Positions 46,601 to 53,979 of a DNA stretch of 61,495 nucleotides are shown piece by piece. Below the pieces are notes generated by a model. That model worked only from the letters and a program-made list of their open reading frames with translations. It made no database searches and had not been told where the DNA came from. Source of the DNA: a virus (taxonomy: Duplodnaviria > Caudoviricetes); IMG/VR virus record IMGVR_UViG_3300023196_001512, positions 1 to 61,495 of that record. The stretch is one strand, 5' to 3'. The translations under genes and the position numbers were made by a program. The number at the start of each line of letters is the position of its first letter. Within the stretch, counting starts at the first letter, position 1.

Positions 46601-49600
46601 CACTGCAGAGCAAGAAGCTTTACAATCAAAGTATCGTCATAAATTAAAAAATCAAGACGGATCTAAGCTTATTGGCGTTAGTCAAGTTGAAAACATTAGA
46701 GAAGGCTTAAGAAAAATATTTAGAACACTACAAACTGAAATAAGCGCTAGTGAATTTTTATTGAACTTTGAAAACACGGTAAAAAAGACCATGAAGAATA
46801 TTGTTCAAGGTGCTATTGGAACAAAAGAAACATATAGAAAATTCTTAATTAATAATATTGAAACTATAGTAGAATATAGTTCACTACAAGATTTAGTCGC
46901 GTTAGAGCGTTTAGTAGGTAAAGGCAAAACTAAAGGCGGTAGAAAAATATTTACCGTACCTGTTAAAAGACTTACAAAAAAAGAAGATATACAAAAAGCT
47001 ATTGATCAAGGTAAATTACCGCCTGATGCTATTAACAAAAGCGAAGAAGGTGTATTTTTATCTGAGAAAAGAGTACCTACTCAAGAAGAATTAGAAGCAT
47101 ATTTTCTTGGTAAAAATATGATGGAGGTTTTAGGTTATGAAGTTGGTTCTTCTACGCTAGGAACTAGAAAAGACGGATTATCACGTATGGTTACTACATC
47201 TCTTGCACAAGATGCTACTATGGAAACTATACAAGAACCTGATATACTAGAAGAGGCTTCAGTATTTACTGAAGGTTTATCAGCAGAAATACAAGTAGGA
47301 CAACTTGCTGGTAAAATAAATAAATCTCCTTTTTTGAAGTTTACAAGAAGTGCATTTGAAACTTTAGACAGCTCTAAACACGAAGACTACAAGTCAGCGT
47401 ATAAGGGTTTTGAAAACGGTAAATTTTTACTTGCTAAGCCTAAAGGTATAGATCAAGAAGCTTACGACTATGCTTATCTTGATTTTGTTAGAAGTAGATC
47501 AGATGTATACAAAGTTACTAAGTTAAAAGAGTTAAGAAACAAATTATATGGTAAAAACGCTGATTACTCTAGAGCTAAATACGATGAAAAACTTTCTCTT
47601 AGAATAGAGCGTATCGCTAGAGACAATATAAACAAAGTTGCAAAGGGTATACCTTTTGTAGATGTAGTATTAGCTGATTCTGCTAACTCTAATTTACCAG
47701 ACATACTTTTAATGTTCGACGGTAAAGATTTATTAGCTATAGAGGTAAAGGCTGATTCTGCTAGAACTTCTTCTATTACTGCGTATTTTACTCTTAAACT
47801 AGAAGGCATTTTAGGTCTTTCTGCACAAGTACAGCAACCTGAGTTATTGAGCGATATATACAAAGAAAAAGCAGTTCCTGTTCTTAAAAAAATGAAAAAA
47901 AGACTTAAGGATAGATTTGGTATTGACTTTGACGGATCTACAACAGAGCTTACTCCACAGCAGTACTATTACTTACAAGGAAAGTTTGTAAATGGCAAAA
48001 AAATTAAAGGCTTAAGCAATCTAATGGTAGAGCTTAACGCTGCCACTAAAACTTCTGTTGATAGCTCTTGGGCTTCTTTTGGGTATTTAAACAAAAGTAT
48101 TCCTTCGCAATATATTAACCTAGGCCTTGCTGGATTATTTCACTTTGGAAAAGAGTCAAATGATATAATGAATTTAGGTACTAAATCATTCGATGGAGTT
48201 CAAATACCTTTAAGCTTTAGAATATCAAGACATAGATTAGCAAACGGTAATTTTGGAATAAGAATTAGAGTTGACGCGCAGCTATCGTCGCAAGCTTTTG
48301 CTGAATCTAAAAATCATGGTAAAAGTAATATCAATGTGATGTTAGAAGCTGGTGGTAGACAGTTCTTCAAAAATAAAGACGGTGTTAAAAGACTTGAAGT
48401 AAGGGGTAAAAGATCAAAATCTGAGTCTATTAATAAAGCTTCAGAGCTTGCTAGACTCACCAACAAAAGCACGCCATCAAGAGGTATGAGTATTTTTGAT
48501 TTCGATGAAACAGTTGGTGTTAGTGAAAATGTAGTCATAGCTAATAAAGATGGTGTTGTAAAAGAAGTATCTTCAGATCAATGGCCTCACGTTGGTGAGC
48601 AATTAAAAGCTGAAGGTTGGACGTTTGATTTTAGTGATTTTAATAAAGTTACTAAAGGTAAGCCAGGCCCTCTCATGCAAAAGTTAAAAAATCAAATATC
48701 TAAATACGGAAACAAAAACGTATTTATATTGACCGCAAGAGCTCCTCAAAGTCAAAAAGCAATATTTGAGTGGTTAAAATCTCAAGGAATTATTTTGCCA
48801 TACGAAAACATAACTGGGCTAGGTAATAGCGCTGGTAATGCTAAAGCTCAGTGGATATTAGATAAGTATGCAGAAGGGTATAATGATATTTATTTTGTAG
48901 ATGATGCTATGCCTAACGTTGATGCAGTTCAGCATGTGTTTGACCAGCTAGACATTAAAGGTAAGTCTGTGCAAGCTAAAATTAAGTTTAGCAGAACTAA
49001 AAAACAAAACTTTGACAGTATACTTAAGCGTACTGTAGGAATTGATCAAGATATAGATCCTGCTAGAGCTAAAATAATAGGCGCTAAAAAGGGTAGTAAA
49101 GAATTTTTTATTGCACCAGGCGCTGATGACTTCCAAGGCTTGATGATGAGGTTAGCTGGTAAAGGCAAGCAAGGAGAGTCTGACATGAAGTTTTTCAAGC
49201 AAGTTTTCTTTGATCCATTTAATAGAGCGTATAGAAAATTAAATTCTATACAGTATAACATGATGGAAGGTTATAATAAAGTAAGAAAAGAGCATAAAGA
49301 TGTTATTAAAATACTTAAGAAAAAGTTTGACAGTGAATTTACTAATGAAGACGCTATAAGAATATACCTGTGGGATTTACAGGATATAGAAGTTCCAGGT
49401 TTAACAACTAAAGAGCAAAAAGCTATAGCTGCTAAAGTTGCTGAAAACGCTGACATGGTTAATTTTGCTTTAGATATAAGAAAAACTTTACAACTTTCTG
49501 GAGAATATGTAGCTCCAAAAGAAACCTGGAGTGTTGGTAGTATAAAAGGCGACATGTACGAAGCTTTAAACTCTGTGCATAGAAATAAAGCTTTGCAAGA

Positions 49601-51170
49601 GTGGCAAGAAAACATTGATGAGTTATTAGATAATCCTGAAATGTTAGCTAAGCTTGAAGCTTCTATGGGGAAAAGTTATGTTGAGGCCTTGAAAGACATG
49701 TTATATCGTATGCGTACTGGTAAGAATAGACCTACTGGTCCAAACGCTATGACTAACAAAGCTATGAACTGGCTACAAGGCGCTGTTGGTGCCATCATGT
49801 TCTTTAATAGTAGATCTGCTGTTCTTCAGACAATATCTACTATAAACTTTATAAATCACACAGACAATAATATATTTGCTTTTGCTAAGGCTATAGCTAA
49901 CGTAAGTCAGTTTGCTGAAGATTTTAAAATGTTGTTTAACTCGCCACAGTTGAAAGTTAGAAGATCTGGTTTACAACAAGATATACAAACGGCTGATTTA
50001 GCTGATAGCTTGAGTCGTGGTGGTGGTGCTAGCGGAGCACTAGCGTATCTACTTAAAATAGGATTTTTACCAACTCAAATAGCAGATAGCTTTGCTATTG
50101 CTTTTGGTGGTGCTGCTTTTTACAGAAACAGAGTGAACTCTTTAATGAAGCAAGGCATGACTCAAGAACAAGCGGAGAGCCAAGCAATGATAGACTTTCA
50201 AGATATTACAGAAGAGTCTCAACAGTCAAGTAGACCTGATCGTATATCACAGCAACAAGCTGCTCCTGTTGGTAGGTTATTATTAGCTTTTCAAAACACT
50301 CCGCTACAGTATAATAGAATAATTAAAAAAGCAATTACTGATATAGCAAACAAAAGAGGTGACATAAAAACTCACATATCAAGAATAGCTTACTACGGCG
50401 CAATACAAAGTCTTATATTCTACACTCTTCAACAAGCGTTGTTTGCAGAAGACGATCCAGAAGAAGAGCAAATACCAAGTAGCGTTAAAAAACAATATAA
50501 AAAAGGAATTAAAGACGGAACCATAAACAGATTTGAATATCCTAGCGTAAAATTTTACTATGCAGATACTAAAGCTAAGCAAAAGCAAGAGAGTTTAGTA
50601 AACAGTATGGCTGATGGTTGGCTAAGAGGTTCTGGCGTGAAAGGTGCTATAGTTTCTACATTTAAAAACGTAGTTAGAAGCTTTATGAAAGAAAGCGAAA
50701 AAGGATATAAAGCAGACTACTTTAATACGTTTATAGAAGTATTAAATGTGTCACCACAAATCGGTAGTAAAGCTAGAAAAATAAAAAGAGCTAGTGATAC
50801 GTATAAGTACAATAAAGATGTAATGTCTGAAATAGGCGCTTTTGATATTGATAATCCAGTATATCCTATGGCTTTTTCTTTAATAGAAGGTGTTACTAAC
50901 GCTCCAACACACAGGATATACACTAAGCTTGATAACTTAAAAGAAGCTTTTAATGAAGACAATACTGCAATGCAAAGAACATTTGTATCGTTGGGTTGGA
51001 ATCAATGGCAATTAGGCATTGATACATACAAAGATGTCAGAGAAGCTAAAGAAAAAATAAAAGAAAGAGAAAAAGCTAAAAAGAAGCAATGCCGTCAAAT
51101 TTTAAAGAACGGTAAAAGATGTAGCATAAGAACAGCTAGCAAAAGTCAGCTGTGCTATCATCACGATTAA
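43656..51170 (+). CDS. Giant multidomain (polyvalent) protein, probably virion-packaged and ejected
   Basis: HEFLH..EE zincin; sigma-like segment; PD...IEVK nuclease; DFDET/LTAR/FVDD HAD; C-terminal C-x9-C-x10-C-x2-H finger. Confidence 0.8.
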   Translation: MNNLQKLYQTIFDAGLINNSFEDFSQGMLGEDYQKKVFDAITDKGLFSQDFNTFKSGYSPKKVKIFGKEKDQDDLSFFESLAVSMKNKFPEISKTLDWYSAYTVDVGVDLADAVFGDAFSTTPKDVVDKEFGGDFKSAIDKSSDKDASTKNVYFIDPLTKNKIVFDKKAFESKGHYAEENERWYELARLAEKSDDIESGFIDSDANAIKADMAMPVIKRALETEKEIQEFTSRDTTGFTDAMKKGKTKDASLYAIDFAGQMLKSIVLAKLTRGASLYAEAVSSTYQGFNLEKANALYGGRDEESVRKLMANGESEVLIPTAAAGFVAALDKLGLDGLSGKYFKNILAHRKALTLLVGSGTEGATEYTQGLLERFNNNLGAQMSVKEAAEDVAEYAGSDEALDQFFAGLIGGGMIQGGGMTYNAAFRRDEASIDFIDKKINNINKLQEEAYKLQDPEVIKANKAKVDQEFKELKLYLKRNKDASEFLTDKGKKEIIDLANSRESVQKKIKELNNLKKKGAITKEAAEVRLNQYQSQLKEINSKTTEIRNEAVKSKLQADLKTSGFAVENIDELNQVVVKDGKELFEKVDEWYKRHGLENPYTQSEFEGQGGGDALILGNNIFINEKNAVKNSAFGVGTHEFLHAVIKSVIRKKDGSGELSDKGVALVKDFLNTLSRSDRVEVEKRMRDEYEEGLSEEQNFRIYGEEALTYYVQLKKEKRLTKSAAQRGMMWLKNSFSKETPYKNLDITDGKSFQNFLDIFVSDADQGQFRSEFVALAKQGAEETVVETKAAASKTTRRAKRSRTVAEKQITEKAKTAQSKIDEIGKKASNKAEYDAGVNVEAYTYLTEGGGLSAMIKAKLLKYDISVSGKDANVYGQPLELFIEDVKGRVIPAILGFNPEKETTSEGKFGLSGWVNFNLNKRVLDSIGDSKKTVVGVSLNKKVGDSDMEVGDFLYVEGDKRIESFEEQNLSVYSETQQENVEITAEQEALQSKYRHKLKNQDGSKLIGVSQVENIREGLRKIFRTLQTEISASEFLLNFENTVKKTMKNIVQGAIGTKETYRKFLINNIETIVEYSSLQDLVALERLVGKGKTKGGRKIFTVPVKRLTKKEDIQKAIDQGKLPPDAINKSEEGVFLSEKRVPTQEELEAYFLGKNMMEVLGYEVGSSTLGTRKDGLSRMVTTSLAQDATMETIQEPDILEEASVFTEGLSAEIQVGQLAGKINKSPFLKFTRSAFETLDSSKHEDYKSAYKGFENGKFLLAKPKGIDQEAYDYAYLDFVRSRSDVYKVTKLKELRNKLYGKNADYSRAKYDEKLSLRIERIARDNINKVAKGIPFVDVVLADSANSNLPDILLMFDGKDLLAIEVKADSARTSSITAYFTLKLEGILGLSAQVQQPELLSDIYKEKAVPVLKKMKKRLKDRFGIDFDGSTTELTPQQYYYLQGKFVNGKKIKGLSNLMVELNAATKTSVDSSWASFGYLNKSIPSQYINLGLAGLFHFGKESNDIMNLGTKSFDGVQIPLSFRISRHRLANGNFGIRIRVDAQLSSQAFAESKNHGKSNINVMLEAGGRQFFKNKDGVKRLEVRGKRSKSESINKASELARLTNKSTPSRGMSIFDFDETVGVSENVVIANKDGVVKEVSSDQWPHVGEQLKAEGWTFDFSDFNKVTKGKPGPLMQKLKNQISKYGNKNVFILTARAPQSQKAIFEWLKSQGIILPYENITGLGNSAGNAKAQWILDKYAEGYNDIYFVDDAMPNVDAVQHVFDQLDIKGKSVQAKIKFSRTKKQNFDSILKRTVGIDQDIDPARAKIIGAKKGSKEFFIAPGADDFQGLMMRLAGKGKQGESDMKFFKQVFFDPFNRAYRKLNSIQYNMMEGYNKVRKEHKDVIKILKKKFDSEFTNEDAIRIYLWDLQDIEVPGLTTKEQKAIAAKVAENADMVNFALDIRKTLQLSGEYVAPKETWSVGSIKGDMYEALNSVHRNKALQEWQENIDELLDNPEMLAKLEASMGKSYVEALKDMLYRMRTGKNRPTGPNAMTNKAMNWLQGAVGAIMFFNSRSAVLQTISTINFINHTDNNIFAFAKAIANVSQFAEDFKMLFNSPQLKVRRSGLQQDIQTADLADSLSRGGGASGALAYLLKIGFLPTQIADSFAIAFGGAAFYRNRVNSLMKQGMTQEQAESQAMIDFQDITEESQQSSRPDRISQQQAAPVGRLLLAFQNTPLQYNRIIKKAITDIANKRGDIKTHISRIAYYGAIQSLIFYTLQQALFAEDDPEEEQIPSSVKKQYKKGIKDGTINRFEYPSVKFYYADTKAKQKQESLVNSMADGWLRGSGVKGAIVSTFKNVVRSFMKESEKGYKADYFNTFIEVLNVSPQIGSKARKIKRASDTYKYNKDVMSEIGAFDIDNPVYPMAFSLIEGVTNAPTHRIYTKLDNLKEAFNEDNTAMQRTFVSLGWNQWQLGIDTYKDVREAKEKIKEREKAKKKQCRQILKNGKRCSIRTASKSQLCYHHD

Positions 51171-51200
51171 ATAGGTGGTAAATTAAGTAATACTTTAACT

Positions 51201-51590
51201 ATGGCTTATACGCAAAAAAATAACCCTTTTCCTGTCACAGGTTGCGGCAGAAGAAGAACGTTTCAAACAACTGGTAATCCTATAAGAGTGTTTGATGATT
51301 CTCCTATGCGTAAAGCTGATCCACGTAGGACTATTGGACGTGGCAAAAACTTTAATAAAGCAAACAAAACAGGTACAGGCGCTGCTGCAGGTGGTGGTAT
51401 GACACAAAAAGGTGTTAACGAGTACAAAAGAAATAATCCTGGTAGTAAATTAAAAACTGCCGTAACTACTAAACCTTCTAAATTAAAACCAGGTAGCAAA
51501 GCTGCTAAGCGTAGAAAATCATTTTGCGCGAGATCAAAAGGTTGGACCGGCGAAAGAGGTAGAGCTGCTAGAAGAAGATGGAACTGTTAA
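51201..51590 (+). CDS. Small basic protein
   Basis: MAYTQKNNPF; AKRRKSFCARS..W..ARRRWNC motif common in phages. Confidence 0.75.
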   Translation: MAYTQKNNPFPVTGCGRRRTFQTTGNPIRVFDDSPMRKADPRRTIGRGKNFNKANKTGTGAAAGGGMTQKGVNEYKRNNPGSKLKTAVTTKPSKLKPGSKAAKRRKSFCARSKGWTGERGRAARRRWNC

Positions 51591-51600
51591 AAAATATATT

Positions 51601-51843
51601 ATGCCTTTTAAATTAAAAAACAAAGAAATAAAGAGAGTAGTAGGTAAAAGAAAGCTTAAAAACTTTGATCCTGTTAAAAGAGACGAAGAAAAAACAGCTA
51701 AAAGAAAACTTGTTGACAAAAGCAAAGATAAATCACCTATGAAAGGCAAGTTAAAGCCTTGTCAAAAGGCTGCTGCTAAAAGAAAATTTAAAGTATATCC
51801 AAGTGCTTACGCTAATATGTGGGCATCTAGACATAAGTGCTAA
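51601..51843 (+). CDS. Small basic protein
   Basis: SPMK; AKRKFKVYPSAYAN.WA. Confidence 0.7.
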   Translation: MPFKLKNKEIKRVVGKRKLKNFDPVKRDEEKTAKRKLVDKSKDKSPMKGKLKPCQKAAAKRKFKVYPSAYANMWASRHKC

Positions 51844-52106
51844 TGTATACGCAGAAGAATAATCCATTTAAAAAGCGTATGGGTGATTTTAAACACTCAG
51901 ACGCGCCTGACGCTAAAGGTAAGTTTAAAAGCCTGTCAGCGTCTGGACTAGCTAGTTGGATGATTAAGTCACGTAAAGGTAATTTATCAAAGATTATCAG
52001 TAGCTTAAATCAACAAGTAGTATTTAGAAGAGGTAAAGATCCAAAGTATGCTGCTAAGATGCGTAACACTATGGACATCGTAAGAAAAAGATTAAAGAAA
52101 AAATGA
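51837..52106 (+). CDS. Small basic protein
   Basis: Probable start at the second Met (MYTQKNNPFKK); HSDAPDAKGKF. Confidence 0.7.
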   Translation: MLMYTQKNNPFKKRMGDFKHSDAPDAKGKFKSLSASGLASWMIKSRKGNLSKIISSLNQQVVFRRGKDPKYAAKMRNTMDIVRKRLKKK

Positions 52107-52270
52107 GTAAAGCTTATCGTGGAGTATTAAAAGCTAGAATATCAAAGCTATATGGTGGAGATGTAACTGTAGCTAAAGCTCGTAAGCTAAAAGCTAGAAA
52201 AGGAGCTACACCAAGAGACAAGCAGCTAGCTAATTGGTTTATTAACATGCAAACAGCTAAAAGAAAATAA
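52103..52270 (+). CDS. Small basic protein (55 aa)
   Basis: Hand translation MSKAYRGVLKARISKLYGG...KQLANWFINMQTAKRK; overlaps both neighbours. Confidence 0.7.
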   Translation: MSKAYRGVLKARISKLYGGDVTVAKARKLKARKGATPRDKQLANWFINMQTAKRK

Positions 52271-52812
52271 TGTTTAAAGACTTTAACATATCTTCATTTA
52301 AAAAGATGAAGCCTCCAGGCAACAACACTTTTGATACGATGCAAGAGTTAAAAGAGCTTGAAAGCATACCTCTAGATAAAAAGTTTGTCAAAGAAAATGA
52401 TGACATTGAAGCTGCGTTTAAAAAAACAGCTAAAGACAATGGCATTGAAGACTATGACGCTAAAACAGCTGCTAAACTTATAAAAGAGTCAGCGCCTGTA
52501 ATATTAGAACTTAAGAAATACTTTAATAGACCAAGACCTAAAGTAAATGCTAAGAAAATGAATATTAGCATGAAGGATATAGAGATGGAATCAATGAAAA
52601 CACCGTCATATCCATCAGGTCACTCAGTGCAAGGTGTATTAATAGCTAAAGTATTAGGCGACAAATATCCTAAGGCTAAATCAGCTTTTAATAAGACCGG
52701 CGAAAATATATCTTATAGTAGACGAGTTGCCCACGCTCACTATAAGTCAGATAGTAAAATGGGCGAAAAGTTAGGTAACTCAATGTATAAACACATTAAA
52801 AACAAAATTTAA
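52270..52812 (+). CDS. PAP2-superfamily phosphatase/haloperoxidase-like protein
   Basis: Three PAP2 motifs: KKYFNRPRP, PSYPSGH, SRRVAHAHYKSD. Confidence 0.85.
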   Translation: MFKDFNISSFKKMKPPGNNTFDTMQELKELESIPLDKKFVKENDDIEAAFKKTAKDNGIEDYDAKTAAKLIKESAPVILELKKYFNRPRPKVNAKKMNISMKDIEMESMKTPSYPSGHSVQGVLIAKVLGDKYPKAKSAFNKTGENISYSRRVAHAHYKSDSKMGEKLGNSMYKHIKNKI

Positions 52813-52813
52813 A

Positions 52814-53098
52814 ATGAAAAAAGGTCCTATGAAGCTGGCTAAAAAAAGCGCAGCTAAATTTAACAAAGGTTTAAAAGCAGCGTCTGCAGCTGGTAAGTTA
52901 GATAAAAATCCTAAGTTTAAAGCAGCTGTTGATAAAGCTTCTGTAGCTAAAATGAAAAAGTCTGCTATGGAAATGAAAAAGTCTGCTATGACTTTGAAAA
53001 AAGAATCTGCTATGAAACTTAAGAAGTCTGCAACTATGATGAAGAAGTCTATGGCTATGTTGAAAAAAGCTTCTGGTATGAAGCTAAAAAAGAAGTAA
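52814..53098 (+). CDS. Lys/Ala/Met-rich histone-like repeat protein
   Basis: About six (M/L)KK(S/E/A) repeats at 7-8 residue spacing. Confidence 0.75.
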   Translation: MKKGPMKLAKKSAAKFNKGLKAASAAGKLDKNPKFKAAVDKASVAKMKKSAMEMKKSAMTLKKESAMKLKKSATMMKKSMAMLKKASGMKLKKK

Positions 53099-53099
53099 C

Positions 53100-53381
53100 A
53101 TGGCTTTTGTACAGTCAAATAATCCTTTTAAAAAGCGAACTAAAGCTAAAGGCGGAGGTACTACTAAAGTATGTCTGCCTAAAGCTAAAATCGCTAGCAT
53201 GAGTCAGTCAGAAAGACAAGCTGTTATACGTGCTAAGCGATCTGCGGGTAAGGCTGGTAAGTACAAAAGATCTAGTAAAAGCAATGTTACTGGCACTAGT
53301 AGCGGCGGTAGTTTAAGAACATGGGTAAAACAAGACTGGAGACAAGTTGGTAACCCAAGCAAAAAATGTGGTGAGAAATAA
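53100..53381 (+). CDS. Small basic protein
   Basis: MAFVQSNNPFKK; CLPKAK; LRTWVKQDW..KCG. Confidence 0.7.
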   Translation: MAFVQSNNPFKKRTKAKGGGTTKVCLPKAKIASMSQSERQAVIRAKRSAGKAGKYKRSSKSNVTGTSSGGSLRTWVKQDWRQVGNPSKKCGEK

Positions 53382-53656
53382 TGGCTAAAGAGTTAAACGA
53401 AAACACTAGCTTCAAAGTTAGTGTGCAAACTTTAATAGGTATAGGATTTGGTATGGCAACTATTATAAGCATGTGGTTTGTTTTACAAGCTGACATTGCT
53501 GAAGCTAAAGAGCTTCCAAAACCTGAAGTATCTAAAATGGAGTTTCAAATGAAAGATGAAAACATTAGAAACACTATTATAGAAACTAGAGACGACGTAA
53601 AAAAGCTAGAAGAGCGTATGATACGTATGGAAGATAAAATAGACGATCTAAGATAA
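53381..53656 (+). CDS. Single-pass membrane protein with C-terminal coiled coil
   Basis: TLIGIGFGMATIISMWFVL then heptads. Confidence 0.7.
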   Translation: MAKELNENTSFKVSVQTLIGIGFGMATIISMWFVLQADIAEAKELPKPEVSKMEFQMKDENIRNTIIETRDDVKKLEERMIRMEDKIDDLR

Positions 53657-53979
53657 TGAAAGTACTGCTAACCACAATACTGCTTTTAATTTGCGTTACG
53701 GCTTATTGTCAAATTGAAGTAGTTCACTTTAACGCCGGCTGGAACGACGCTAACGACATTGAGTGGTTTTCTAAAATAAAAGACTGCGATACTAAAAGCT
53801 TGTTAATAGAAGACGATAATAATCAAAGTAAGTACAAGATAGCAATAGTGCCAACAATAGTAATATTTGATGATGGAGAAGAAGTTAAAAGATTTCAAGC
53901 AGACCTTAGTTTCAAAATGGTTGCAACTAAAGAAGAAGTTAAAGAATATATTGAAGAACTTATAATTAGTAAATTTTAA
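53656..53979 (+). CDS. Exported thioredoxin-fold protein lacking CxxC
   Basis: Signal peptide; VVHFNAGWN; YKI.IVPTIVIF.DGEEVKRF. Confidence 0.75.
   Translation: MKVLLTTILLLICVTAYCQIEVVHFNAGWNDANDIEWFSKIKDCDTKSLLIEDDNNQSKYKIAIVPTIVIFDDGEEVKRFQADLSFKMVATKEEVKEYIEELIISKF

Noticed and set aside
47925-47939. DFDGS in the giant protein as a virion RNA polymerase active site
   Set aside because: Lacks the third Asp of DxDxD and sits inside the nuclease-like block; the DFDET motif fits HAD instead.
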